The position numbers and the translations under genes are program-made. Below are positions 39,483 to 49,405 of a stretch of DNA of 64,000 nt, piece by piece; the first letter of the stretch is position 1; every line of letters starts with the position of its first letter. The stretch is from NCBI GenBank assembly GCA_049682915.1, contig JBAUIL010000161.1, forward strand, positions 1,044 to 65,043. The letters run 5' to 3'. The DNA comes from Ahrensia sp. Lineage in GTDB: Bacteria; Pseudomonadota; Alphaproteobacteria; Rhizobiales; Rhizobiaceae. The notes under the pieces are model-generated. The model was not told where the DNA came from. It did not search any database and saw only the letters and a program-made list of their open reading frames with translations.

Positions 39483-42305
39483 ATGGCTAAAAGCGACCTG
39501 AAACTCGACACCATCATCACGTTGGTTGCACTGGAAGCGGAGATCGCTGCTCTGGTCGCGCGTCATGGCGGCGGCACGTCCAGTGAGGCGCGCAGCGACC
39601 TCGTTTCACTGCTGAAACGAGAATTGGCAGCGGGTAGCAAGCGGGCAGAAGCGCAGCTTTTCGACGATGGCGAAGGCCTGGCATGTGCCAAACGGCTGGC
39701 CCATTTGCAGGATGTGGTCATTGAGGCGTTGTATAACTTTGTGCTGCGCCATGTGTTCCGCAATTCGAACCCGACCGACGGCGAGCGATTGGCGCTGGTC
39801 GCCATTGGCGGCTATGGCCGGCGCACCATGGCACCGGGTTCCGATGTCGATCTGCTGTTTTTGCTGCCCTATAAAAAGACCCCGGTTGGCGAGCAGATTG
39901 CCGAATATATTCTCTACATGCTTTGGGATTTGGGCCTGAAAGTTGGCCATGCCACGCGCAGCGTTGAAGAGTGTATTCGCCTGTCAAAGACCGATATGAC
40001 GATATGCACGTCGATCCTGGAAGCGCGTTTTCTGGCCGGCAACCAAGCGCTGTTTACGCAGCTGGAAGAACGCTACCACAGCGAGGTGATAGACAGGATT
40101 TCTTCGCACTTCATTGCTGAAAAACTGGCCGAGCGTGATAACCGCCACCGGCGGATGGGCGAGACGCGCTATGTGGTGGAGCCGAATGTCAAAGAAGGCA
40201 AGGGCGGCCTGCGCGACCTGCACACGCTGTTTTGGATCGGCAAGTTTTTCTACCGCGTGCGCAAACGCTCGGACCTGGCATCAATGGGCGTGTTCAACCG
40301 TGCCGACTACCGGACGTTCATCAAATGCGAGGATTTTTTGTGGGCGGTGCGCTGCCACCTTCATTTCGCGACAGGCAAGGCTGAGGAGCGCGTGTCGTTT
40401 GAGATGCAGCGTGAACTGGCAAACCGGCTCGGCTACCAGTCCCACCCCGGGCTGGAAGATGTCGAACGCTTCATGAAGCATTACTTCCTGATCACCAAGG
40501 ATGTCGGCGATCTGACACGCATTTTTTGCGCCGCATTGGAAGAGCAGGACGCCAAGCAAACGCCCGGCCTCAACTCGATGTTCAAGGCGATGCTGCCGAG
40601 CAGCCGCGTGCGCAAAATCCGCGGTGACAAGGATTTCATCGTCGATAACCACCGCATCAACATTGCCGATGACAGCGTGTTTGTTGACAATCCGGTCAAC
40701 ATGATACGCCTGTTTGAAGTCGCTGACAGGCACGGGATGGAATACCATCCCAATGCGCTGCACCGGCTGCGCAAATCATTGCGCCATGTGAAAGCGGATG
40801 TTCGCAACGATCCTGAAGCCAATGCGAGCTTTATCCGCGTTCTGACCTCGCACCATGACCCAGAACTGAATTTGAGGCGCATGAACGAAGCTGGCGTGCT
40901 CGGCAAATTCATTCCCGACTTCGGCAGGATCGTCGCGATGATGCAGTTTTCGATGTATCATCACTACACCGTTGATGAGCACCTGATCCGCACCGTGGGT
41001 GTTTTGTCGAAGATCGAGCAAGGCAAGATTGCCGGCGATCATCCGCTGGCGCACCGGCTGCTGCCCAGCATGCAGGAAGACCGGACATTGCTTTATGCGG
41101 CGTTGTTACTGCACGACATCGCAAAAGGCAGGCCGGAAGACCACTCGACTGCCGGTGCTGCCGTCGCCCGCAAGCTGTGCCCGCGGCTGGGCTTTTCGCA
41201 GGAAGACACAGAAACCATTGCCTGGTTGATTGAAGAGCACTTGACCATGAGCACGGTTGCCCAATCGCGCGATCTCAACGACCGCAAAACCATCGAAGAC
41301 TTTGCCCAAAAAGTGCAAACCTTGCGGCGGCTGAAACTGCTCTTGGTGCTGACGGTGTGTGACATTCGCGCGGTGGGCCCCGGCGTCTGGAACGGCTGGA
41401 AAGGCCAGCTGTTGCGCACGCTTTACGCAGAAGCCGAACTGGCGCTGACCGGCGGCTACTCTGAAGCAAACCGCGACCGGCGCATTGAGATCGCCCGCCA
41501 GACGCTGCAAGACAGCTTGACCGACTGGCCCGCAGACAAGGCGGCCCATTACGTTGATCTGCACTATGGCAACTATCTTTTGAACACCGATCTGGAAGAA
41601 CAGGTCCGCCACACGGCCATGCTGCGCGATCTGGATGAGCGCGATGAAAAACTGCTTGTGGACGTAAGAACCCACGAGTTCCACGCCATCACGGAGGTGA
41701 CCGTTATCACCCCCGACCACCCGCGATTGCTGTCGATTATTGCGGCAGCCTGCGCCAGTTCCGGTGCGCGCATTGACGACGCCAAAGCGTTTACCACCAG
41801 TGACGGGCGGGCCATCGACACAATTTTGCTCAACCGTGAATTTGACGATGAGCACGATGAAATGCGCCGCGCTGTGCGCATCGGCAAGCAAATCGAAAAA
41901 GTGCTCACTGGTGTTGAATCAATCCCGCAGGTGCTCGCCCGCAAAGACAAGGCGCGCCGTGGCATCCGGGCTTTCAAGGTGACACCGGTCGTTCGGCTGA
42001 ACAACAATCTGTCACGCCGCCATTCGGTGATCGAAATCGAAGCGCTGGACCGGCCCGGCCTGCTGCACGATGTTACCGCCGCCCTGTCCGATTTGGCGCT
42101 GGATATTCGCTCAGCGCACATCACCACCTTTGGTGAAAAGGCGGTCGATTCATTTTATGTCACGGATCTTGTCGGCCAAAAGGTCACATCCAAAACCCGG
42201 GAAATGCGCATCAAGGCGCACCTGCTGGACGTGCTCGATCCCGACTATCGCCATGAAGGTGCATCGACCAAGCGCACCGCAACGCTGGCCGGAAAGCGGG
42301 TGTAA
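39483..42305 (+). CDS. glnD: [protein-PII] uridylyltransferase / uridylyl-removing enzyme
   Basis: 940 aa. NTase motif GGYGRRTMAPGSDVDLLFL, an HD domain (LLLHDIAKG) and two C-terminal ACT domains. Confidence 0.96.
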   Translation: MAKSDLKLDTIITLVALEAEIAALVARHGGGTSSEARSDLVSLLKRELAAGSKRAEAQLFDDGEGLACAKRLAHLQDVVIEALYNFVLRHVFRNSNPTDGERLALVAIGGYGRRTMAPGSDVDLLFLLPYKKTPVGEQIAEYILYMLWDLGLKVGHATRSVEECIRLSKTDMTICTSILEARFLAGNQALFTQLEERYHSEVIDRISSHFIAEKLAERDNRHRRMGETRYVVEPNVKEGKGGLRDLHTLFWIGKFFYRVRKRSDLASMGVFNRADYRTFIKCEDFLWAVRCHLHFATGKAEERVSFEMQRELANRLGYQSHPGLEDVERFMKHYFLITKDVGDLTRIFCAALEEQDAKQTPGLNSMFKAMLPSSRVRKIRGDKDFIVDNHRINIADDSVFVDNPVNMIRLFEVADRHGMEYHPNALHRLRKSLRHVKADVRNDPEANASFIRVLTSHHDPELNLRRMNEAGVLGKFIPDFGRIVAMMQFSMYHHYTVDEHLIRTVGVLSKIEQGKIAGDHPLAHRLLPSMQEDRTLLYAALLLHDIAKGRPEDHSTAGAAVARKLCPRLGFSQEDTETIAWLIEEHLTMSTVAQSRDLNDRKTIEDFAQKVQTLRRLKLLLVLTVCDIRAVGPGVWNGWKGQLLRTLYAEAELALTGGYSEANRDRRIEIARQTLQDSLTDWPADKAAHYVDLHYGNYLLNTDLEEQVRHTAMLRDLDERDEKLLVDVRTHEFHAITEVTVITPDHPRLLSIIAAACASSGARIDDAKAFTTSDGRAIDTILLNREFDDEHDEMRRAVRIGKQIEKVLTGVESIPQVLARKDKARRGIRAFKVTPVVRLNNNLSRRHSVIEIEALDRPGLLHDVTAALSDLALDIRSAHITTFGEKAVDSFYVTDLVGQKVTSKTREMRIKAHLLDVLDPDYRHEGASTKRTATLAGKRV

Positions 42306-42308
42306 CCG

Positions 42309-43889
42309 ATGGGGCTGATCGCAAAATTTGCCAGTGTGGGGGGCGCGACAGCGGCCAGCCGTGTGCTGGGCTTTGTGCGCGAGGCGATGATTGCCGCAAC
42401 GCTGGGCGCAGGCCCGGTGGCCGATGCGTTCTACGCCGCATTCCGGTTTCCCAACCTGTTTCGGCGTCTGTTTGCCGAAGGCGCATTCAACTCGGCTTTC
42501 ATTCCGCTGTTTGCCAAGGCAATCGAGGCTGACGGCGAAAACGTAACCGGTGGCGAGGCGGAGCGCTTTGCGGGTGAAGTATTTTCGGTGCTGGCAACTA
42601 TTCTCGTCTCGCTGACGGCGATCGCCATCCTTGCCATGCCGTTTTTGGTCAATACCATCATCGCGCCTGCATTCTCAGACACGCCTGACAAGTTCGACCT
42701 GACGGTCACGCTGGCGCGCATCATGTTTCCCTATTTGGCGTTTATGTCGCTGGTGGCGATGCTGTCGGGCATTTTGAACGCCTTCCGCCGCTATTTTGTC
42801 GCCGCACTCGCCCCGGTGCTTCTCAATGTGGTGCTGATTGGCGTGCTGGCTTATGCGCTTTGGTTCGATCTCGATGATCCTGCGCTGGGTGTGGGGCTGG
42901 CCATCGGCGTGGTTGTGGCCGGGGTTTTGCAATTGGCGGCGCTCGTCATCGGCCTGCGCCAGACCGGTTTTTCATTCCGCCCGCGCAAGCCCAGACTGTC
43001 GCCGCAGGTGCGCCGGTTGCTGGTGCTGGCAGCACCCGCCGCGCTGACCGGCGGCATTGTGCAGATCAACCTTGTCATCGGCCAAATCATCGCTTCGGCG
43101 CAAGATGGCGCCATCGCACTTTTGAGCTATGCCGACCGGCTGTATCAGCTGCCGCTGGGCGTTATTGGCATCGCGATTTCGGTGGTGTTGTTGCCGGAAT
43201 TATCACGGGCGCTGAAGGCCAATGATGCACCCGAAGTGCTGTCGCTTCAAAACAAATCGCTGGAGTTCGGCCTTGGTCTCACTGTGCCGGCGGCGGTGGC
43301 ACTTGCGTTGATACCCGGGCCGGTGATTGCGATTGTGTTTGAGCGTGGTGCGTTCACCCCGGAAACGACAGCGCTGACCGCCGCCGCGCTGGCGGCTTTC
43401 GCCATTGGCCTGCCGTCCTTTGTGCTCATCAAAGTGTTTCAGCCAGCTTATTTCGCGCGCGAAGACATGCGCACACCGATGTGGATTTCGTTGATTGCGG
43501 TTGCAGTGAATGTGGCGGTCAGCCTGGCGCTGTTTCCCGCCTATGGCCATGTTGGCATTGCGGTTGCGACCACGGTGTCGGGTTGGTGCAATGCGGCCAT
43601 GCTCGCCGGCATCTTGTGGCGGCGCAACGCTTTTCGTCCATCGCGAACGACGCTGCTGCGGGTGCTGAAGATAACCATCTGCGCGATGGTCATGGGTGGC
43701 TTTCTTGTGGCCTGGTTCGGCGTCTTTGGCTCCCGCTTTGACACGGGTAATATCCTGCTTCGGCTGACGATCTTTCTGCCTGCGCTGGCGCTTTGCATGA
43801 TCATCTATTTCGGCTTGGCGCTGTTGAGCGGCGGCATGGATAGATCTGCCCTGATGCGCAGCCTGCGCCGCAAGCGCGCAAATGCTTGA
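42309..43889 (+). CDS. murJ: lipid II flippase MurJ (MviN)
   Basis: 526 aa, polytopic. N-terminus [49 protein letters not shown]. Confidence 0.95.
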   Translation: MGLIAKFASVGGATAASRVLGFVREAMIAATLGAGPVADAFYAAFRFPNLFRRLFAEGAFNSAFIPLFAKAIEADGENVTGGEAERFAGEVFSVLATILVSLTAIAILAMPFLVNTIIAPAFSDTPDKFDLTVTLARIMFPYLAFMSLVAMLSGILNAFRRYFVAALAPVLLNVVLIGVLAYALWFDLDDPALGVGLAIGVVVAGVLQLAALVIGLRQTGFSFRPRKPRLSPQVRRLLVLAAPAALTGGIVQINLVIGQIIASAQDGAIALLSYADRLYQLPLGVIGIAISVVLLPELSRALKANDAPEVLSLQNKSLEFGLGLTVPAAVALALIPGPVIAIVFERGAFTPETTALTAAALAAFAIGLPSFVLIKVFQPAYFAREDMRTPMWISLIAVAVNVAVSLALFPAYGHVGIAVATTVSGWCNAAMLAGILWRRNAFRPSRTTLLRVLKITICAMVMGGFLVAWFGVFGSRFDTGNILLRLTIFLPALALCMIIYFGLALLSGGMDRSALMRSLRRKRANA

Positions 43890-43939
43890 ACCGCAACCCG
43901 CAGGCTGCTAAGGCCGCCATCGACAATGGATACCCAACA

Positions 43940-45007
43940 ATGACCAACACTTTTCACGAGCGTGTGTTTTCCGGCGTGCAGCCGACGGGCAATTTGACGC
44001 TTGGCAATTATCTGGGCGCAATCCGCAAATTTGTGGCGCTGCAGGATGTGCACGAATGCATTTATTGCGTTGTCGATCTGCATGCGATCACCACACCGCA
44101 GGACCCGGTTGAATTGCGCGACGCGACCCGCGCGGTAGCGGCTGCCTATCTTGCATCCGGCATCGACCCGAAAGCCCATATCGTCTTCAATCAGAGCCGC
44201 GTGCGCGAACATGCGGAATTGGCGTGGGTGTTCAACTGTGTTGCCCGCATGGGCTGGCTGAACCGGATGACCCAGTTCAAGGAAAAGGCGGGCAAGGACC
44301 GCGAGAAAGCGTCGGTCGGCCTGTTTGCTTACCCCACATTGATGGCAGCGGATATTTTGCTGTACCGCGCCACCCATGTGCCGGTGGGTGACGACCAGAA
44401 GCAGCATTTGGAATTGACCCGCGACATCGCGCAAAAGTTCAACAATGATTATTCATCGCGCATCGCTGATCTTGGTTTGGGTGTCGAGATGGAAATGGGC
44501 CGCGAGACAATAAACGGCTATTTTCCGCTGACTGAGCCGATTATCGAAGGCCCAGCAACGCGCATCATGAGCCTGCGTGACGGCAGCAAGAAGATGTCGA
44601 AGTCAGACCCGTCCGATATGAGCCGGATCAATTTGACCGACAGCAGCGACGATATCGCCAAGAAAATTCGCAAGGCAAAGTCGGATGCCGACGCGCTGCC
44701 AAGTGAAGCGACAGGTTTGGAAGGCCGGGCTGAAGCGGCCAATCTGGTAGGCATTTACGCGGCACTCGCCGACACCGATGTCGCGTCGGTGCTGGCAGAG
44801 TTTGGCGGCCAGCCTTTTTCCGCGTTCAAGCCCGCATTGGCTGAGTTGGCGGTTGAGAAAGTCGCACCCATCGCCAGTGAAATGCGTCGCCTGACCGCTG
44901 ACCCCGCCTATATAGATACAGTGTTGGCAGACGGTGCCGCGCGCGCCTCCAAAATCGCGGCAAGAACCATGGTGGATGTGCGCGCGATCGTCGGCTTGGA
45001 ATTCTAA
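43940..45007 (+). CDS. trpS: tryptophan--tRNA ligase
   Basis: Contains [18 protein letters not shown] (HIGH-type motif) and KMSKSD. ATG 43940 gives the usual short N-terminus; the track ORF starts at TTG 43886, overlapping the murJ stop. Confidence 0.95.
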   Translation: MTNTFHERVFSGVQPTGNLTLGNYLGAIRKFVALQDVHECIYCVVDLHAITTPQDPVELRDATRAVAAAYLASGIDPKAHIVFNQSRVREHAELAWVFNCVARMGWLNRMTQFKEKAGKDREKASVGLFAYPTLMAADILLYRATHVPVGDDQKQHLELTRDIAQKFNNDYSSRIADLGLGVEMEMGRETINGYFPLTEPIIEGPATRIMSLRDGSKKMSKSDPSDMSRINLTDSSDDIAKKIRKAKSDADALPSEATGLEGRAEAANLVGIYAALADTDVASVLAEFGGQPFSAFKPALAELAVEKVAPIASEMRRLTADPAYIDTVLADGAARASKIAARTMVDVRAIVGLEF

Positions 45008-45030
45008 TCAACCCATGGCATGAAGACAGC

Positions 45031-45522
45031 ATGGTAGAAAAACGAACCAGCCGGATTGACGGTCACCGCCGCAAGTTTCTAGCGATCATTGATGAGACGC
45101 CGGAGTGCGAGCGCGCGGTTTTTTATGCGGCCAGCCGTGCCAAAAACACCGATGGCGGCCTGATTTTGCTCTATGTGATCGAGCAAGGTGATTTTCAGCA
45201 CTGGCTTGGCGTAGCCGAAGTGATGCGCGCCGAAGCAACCGAGCAGGCCGAGCAGGCTTTTGCGAAATATGCCGAACTGGCGCGTGAGAAAATCGGCATT
45301 GAGCCCGAGCTTGTTATCCGTGAGGGCACAGCCACTGAGCAAATCCATGAATTGATCGAGGAAGATCAGGATATTGCCATCATTGTGCTGGCGGCGGGCT
45401 CCAATAGCGATGGCCCGGGCCCGCTGGTCACGTCAATTGCAGGGCGTGGCGCCGCGTTTCCCATCCCGGTAACGGTTGTGCCCGCCAACCTGTCCGATGA
45501 TGACATCGCCGCTTTGTGTTAA
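45031..45522 (+). CDS. universal stress protein family protein
   Basis: 163 aa with USP-like ATP-binding segments (FLAIIDETPECERAV, IIVLAAGSNSDGPG). Confidence 0.75.
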   Translation: MVEKRTSRIDGHRRKFLAIIDETPECERAVFYAASRAKNTDGGLILLYVIEQGDFQHWLGVAEVMRAEATEQAEQAFAKYAELAREKIGIEPELVIREGTATEQIHELIEEDQDIAIIVLAAGSNSDGPGPLVTSIAGRGAAFPIPVTVVPANLSDDDIAALC

Positions 45523-45598
45523 TGCACGCTGCGACAGGCCTTGAATAAGTCGTCTTGTCGGCATAAATTTAGAATAATTCCAAACAAGGTGTGAACCG

Positions 45599-46168
45599 AT
45601 GTTTATTCAAACTGAGACGACCCCTAATCCAGCGACGCTGAAATTTCTGCCGGGCAAGGTTGTGATGAATGTTGGCACCGCCGACTTCACCGATGCGGCG
45701 GAAGCCGTGGCAAAGTCGCCTTTGGCCGCCAAGCTTTTCAACGTTGAAGGCGTCCAAGGTGTGTTTTTCGGCTATGACTTTGTCACCATCACCAAAAACG
45801 AGGCTCTCGATTGGGCCCATTTGAAGCCTTCAGTGCTTGCCGCTATCATGGAACACTTCATGGGCGATGAGCCAGTGATGAGGGAAGCTGGTCCATCGGG
45901 CATGCCCGATGATGGCGAAGAGTTTTTTGAAGCTGAAGATGCGACAATCGTGGCGACGATCAAGGAATTGATTGAAACCCGTGTCCGCCCGGCGGTCGCC
46001 CAAGACGGTGGCGACATTACCTTCCGCGGATTTAAAGAAGGCACGGTCTTTTTGAAGATGAAAGGCGCTTGCGCCGGTTGCCCGTCCTCAACGGCCACTT
46101 TGAAGCACGGCATTCAAAACCTGCTGCGCCATTTCGTGCCGGAAGTGCAGCAGGTCGAAGCGGTCTAA
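45599..46168 (+). CDS. NifU-family Fe-S cluster protein (Nfu_N + NifU C-terminal domain)
   Basis: 189 aa. Starts MFIQTETTPNPATLKFLPG and carries a CxxC motif (GACAGCPSSTATL). Confidence 0.9.
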   Translation: MFIQTETTPNPATLKFLPGKVVMNVGTADFTDAAEAVAKSPLAAKLFNVEGVQGVFFGYDFVTITKNEALDWAHLKPSVLAAIMEHFMGDEPVMREAGPSGMPDDGEEFFEAEDATIVATIKELIETRVRPAVAQDGGDITFRGFKEGTVFLKMKGACAGCPSSTATLKHGIQNLLRHFVPEVQQVEAV

Positions 46169-46189
46169 CACACGCAATCCTTTAATCAA

Positions 46190-46228
46190 AAAAGCCGGTC
46201 CAGCATAACGCGGGACCGGCTTTTTTCG
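46190..46228. terminator. bidirectional Rho-independent terminator
   Basis: AAAAAGCCGGTCC-11 nt loop-GGACCGGCTTTTTT: a 9-bp GC-rich stem flanked by an A-run and a T-run. It lies between the convergent nfu-like and L,D-transpeptidase genes. Confidence 0.85.
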
Positions 46229-46245
46229 TTCACCGTGCGCAATGC

Positions 46246-46878
46246 TCAGCCCGGCAGCACGACAACTTTTGCACCTGGCTTCACGCGTTCATACAGATCA
46301 ACGATGTCCTGGTTCATCAGGCGGATACAGCCGGACGAAACTGCATTGCCAATCGACCACCATTCCGGTGAGCCGTGCAAGCGGTAGCCCGTGTCGCGGC
46401 CATTGCGTGTGAGGTACAAGGCACGCGGTCCAAGCGGATTTGTCAGGCTTGGCTTCATGCCGCCGCGATATTTTGCGAGTTCCGGCTGACGGCGGATCAT
46501 CGCCGCAGGCGGTGTCCAGGTCGGCCATTCACGTTTCCAGCCGACTTTGGCAGTGCCGGACCAGCGGAACCCATCACGGCCCACACCGATGCCATATCGG
46601 ATCGCCTTGCCCTCATCCTGCACCAGATAGAGATGCCGGTTTTTGGTGTCGACAATCACCGTGCCGGGGCGCTCTTTGGTATCATAGCTGACAATCTGAC
46701 GGCGGAACTCTGTCGGCACTTTCGAAACCGGAATGGCTGGCAGGGTGAAAGCGCCATCCTTGCTGGCCTTATAGGCGCCTGCAAAATAGTTGGACTGCGA
46801 TAGACCGGTTGTCGAACAACCGGTGAGCGCGACGACGCAGGCCATCACGGCGGCGGTCATCAATGTTTTCAATGTCAT
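46246..46878 (-). CDS. L,D-transpeptidase lipoprotein (YkuD domain)
   Basis: Lipobox VALTGCS and catalytic motif HGSPEWWSIGNAVSSGCIRLMN. ATG 46878 is preceded by GGGAG. Confidence 0.88.
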   Translation of the reverse strand: MTLKTLMTAAVMACVVALTGCSTTGLSQSNYFAGAYKASKDGAFTLPAIPVSKVPTEFRRQIVSYDTKERPGTVIVDTKNRHLYLVQDEGKAIRYGIGVGRDGFRWSGTAKVGWKREWPTWTPPAAMIRRQPELAKYRGGMKPSLTNPLGPRALYLTRNGRDTGYRLHGSPEWWSIGNAVSSGCIRLMNQDIVDLYERVKPGAKVVVLPG

Positions 46879-46968
46879 GATGGGCTCCCGGGGAAAGGTT
46901 AACAAGGCATCTCAAAACATGGTTAACGAATGGTAAGCAAAAACGCGAATCATGGTATTTTGGTCATT

Positions 46969-47454
46969 ATGCCGATTATCTCCGCCTATGAAAGCAATCC
47001 GCTGGACGATGGCCGTCAGTCAGACCGCGCGCTGGCGGTGCGGCGCGGCGTTCAACGCTTGCTGGATGATCTGGGCTTGGCCCATGTGCCGGAAGTAACG
47101 CTTGCCAATGGGCGCAGAGCCGACATTGTTGCGCTCGGTAAAGATGGTGCGATTTGGATCATTGAGGTTAAATCGTCGGTGGCTGACCTAAGGGCAGACA
47201 ATAAATGGCCTGACTATCGCGATTTTTGCGACCGGCTTTATTTCGCCACCCTGCCCGATGTGCCGGCCGAGATTTTCCCTCAAGATGCTGGCTTTATTGT
47301 TGCCGACAGTCTTGGCGCGGCGATGATCCGCGACGCTAGCACGCACAAGTTAAGTGCCGCACGGCGCAAAGCGATGACTTTGCGCTTTGCGCGCCAAGCA
47401 GCCATGCGACTGCACCATGCGGAATTGCTGCATGGAAGGTCCGTCGACAGCTGA
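46969..47454 (+). CDS. MmcB-family / PD-(D/E)XK nuclease-fold protein
   Basis: The motif RADIVALGKDGAIWIIEVKSS fits the D...E-x-K nuclease core. The MmcB family name is from memory. The start could be ATG 46930. Confidence 0.6.
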   Translation: MPIISAYESNPLDDGRQSDRALAVRRGVQRLLDDLGLAHVPEVTLANGRRADIVALGKDGAIWIIEVKSSVADLRADNKWPDYRDFCDRLYFATLPDVPAEIFPQDAGFIVADSLGAAMIRDASTHKLSAARRKAMTLRFARQAAMRLHHAELLHGRSVDS

Positions 47455-48024
47455 TCAGCGCGGGGCGCGTTTGGCCAGAATGCGCTGCAAGGTGCGCCGG
47501 TGCATGTTGAGCCGTCGCGCGGTTTCAGAAACGTTGCGGTCGCACGCTTCATAAACCCGTTGAATGTGCTCCCAGCGCACGCGGTCTGCCGACATCGGAT
47601 TTTCCGGTGGTGCCGCTTTTTCACCGGGCATGGCGGTCAGCGCATTGTAGACATCGTCGGCGTCAGCGGGTTTAGCCAGATAGTCAACAGCACCCAGCTT
47701 CACCGCGGTCACTGCGGTTGCGATGTTGCCATAGCCGGTCAACACCACGGTTCGCGCTTCTTCGCGCCGTTCGCGAATGGCTTCAATCACATCAAGGCCA
47801 CTGCCGTCTTCCAGCCGCAAATCGACCACGGCATAGGCCGGCGTGCTGAACTTTACCGCAGCAATGGCTTCGCTGACGCTTTCGGCTGTGCGCACTTCAA
47901 AACCACGCCCTTCCATCGCACGGCCCAAGCGACGCAAAAACGCAACATCGTCGTCCACGACCAACAGCGAGGTATCCGGCCCGATCTCGTGGTCCAGTTC
48001 TTCTTCCAGTATTGCTTCATTCAT
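47455..48024 (-). CDS. regA: RegA/ActR/PrrA-family redox response regulator
   Basis: REC domain (LLVVDDD...AVVDLRLEDGSG) plus the near-invariant C-terminal HTH CDRNVSETARRLNMHRRTLQRILAKRAPR. Confidence 0.95.
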   Translation of the reverse strand: MNEAILEEELDHEIGPDTSLLVVDDDVAFLRRLGRAMEGRGFEVRTAESVSEAIAAVKFSTPAYAVVDLRLEDGSGLDVIEAIRERREEARTVVLTGYGNIATAVTAVKLGAVDYLAKPADADDVYNALTAMPGEKAAPPENPMSADRVRWEHIQRVYEACDRNVSETARRLNMHRRTLQRILAKRAPR

Positions 48025-48027
48025 GGC

Positions 48028-49395
48028 TTACTTCTCTCGTTCTTGGTTTGTGTACGTCCAATCGCCGTCAATGGATTTGCGCGGCCACGAAACCGAGACC
48101 CTCGCGCCACCTTTTGCCCCCATTTGATTGGAAAACCGCAATGTCGCGCCAGCTCTTTCCAGCAGTGTCTTGGCAATAAAGACACCAAGACCAAGGCCTG
48201 TTGAGCCCTTGCGCTGCCGTTCGGCGCCGGGTTGGCTGCGAATGTCCGGCTCACCCAACCGTTCCAGATGCTCCACCGAAAAACCAGGGCCGTCGTCAAC
48301 CACCTCTATGGTCACTTGATCTTCGTCCCAGCTGATGGCGATGAACACTTTCTCATGGGCGAAATCGACCGCGTTTTCGACGATATTGCCCAGGCCGTAA
48401 ATGATACCCGGATTGCGGCGGGTAATCGGCTCTGCGCCGATACAATAGGTTTTTTCCGCGCTGATCTCGACACCAAATTCACGATGCGGTGCGATCACTT
48501 CCTCTATCATCGACGTCATGGGCAGGCGCACCATCTGTTTCTCGCCGGTCGTCTGCAATGTTGACAACCGGCTGAGGATCTCGCGGCATCGGTCGGCCTG
48601 AGTGCGCAGCAAGGTTATGTCTTCGCGCAGCGACTCTGGCCCCTTCACCTCTCGGTCCATCTCTTTGGCAACCAGCGAAATCGTGGCCAGCGGCGTGCCC
48701 AGTTCGTGGGCTGCAGCAGCGGCCAAACCGTCAAGCGCCGACAGGTGCATCTCACGCTGTAAAACCAGCTCTGCCGCTGCCAAAGCGTCGGTCAATTTGC
48801 GGGCCTCATCGGCGACGCGCGAGATGTAAAACGCGCTGAACGCCAGACTGACCACCACCGCCGTCCAAAAACCCGCCAGATAGATAAACGGAATTTGCAA
48901 CTCGACACCGGCAAACCACGGCAAAGAATGATGGTGAAAAACCAAGGTTGATGCGGTCACGACCACCAGGCCGCCCAGCGTCACCGTGTAAAGCCCGGGC
49001 GATGAGACCGCGGCAATTACCACCGGCACCACCAGCAGCACGGAGAACGGATTTTCCAAACCACCGGTGAAATACAAAAGACCGGCCAGTTGCAGCACAT
49101 CAAAAATCAAAATCGCCATAACCGCCGGTGGCTCTAACCGTTGATTGGGCGGGAAACGCCAGGTGAGCACCATGTTCAGCACTACAGAGGCGGTGATGAG
49201 CGCGATGCACGGCACGATAGGCATGGGAAATTTCAGATAGCCAAACACCACACCAACGGTTGAGGCTTGGCCGAGCACGGCGAGCCAGCGCGTATTGATC
49301 AGCGTCGACAGACGCAAACGGCGTGCGCCATAACCCGGTCCCTGATTATTGTCGATGACAGTGTCCATACCGGCAACATAGCGGCGTGGGATCAT
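48028..49395 (-). CDS. regB: RegB/ActS/PrrB-family redox-sensing histidine kinase
   Basis: 455 aa with about six N-terminal TM helices, H-box AAAHELGTPLATI and an HATPase domain (GLGLGVFIAKTLLE). Directly upstream of regA. Confidence 0.92.
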   Translation of the reverse strand: MIPRRYVAGMDTVIDNNQGPGYGARRLRLSTLINTRWLAVLGQASTVGVVFGYLKFPMPIVPCIALITASVVLNMVLTWRFPPNQRLEPPAVMAILIFDVLQLAGLLYFTGGLENPFSVLLVVPVVIAAVSSPGLYTVTLGGLVVVTASTLVFHHHSLPWFAGVELQIPFIYLAGFWTAVVVSLAFSAFYISRVADEARKLTDALAAAELVLQREMHLSALDGLAAAAAHELGTPLATISLVAKEMDREVKGPESLREDITLLRTQADRCREILSRLSTLQTTGEKQMVRLPMTSMIEEVIAPHREFGVEISAEKTYCIGAEPITRRNPGIIYGLGNIVENAVDFAHEKVFIAISWDEDQVTIEVVDDGPGFSVEHLERLGEPDIRSQPGAERQRKGSTGLGLGVFIAKTLLERAGATLRFSNQMGAKGGARVSVSWPRKSIDGDWTYTNQEREK

Positions 49396-49405
49396 ATGGA
49401 AATAG

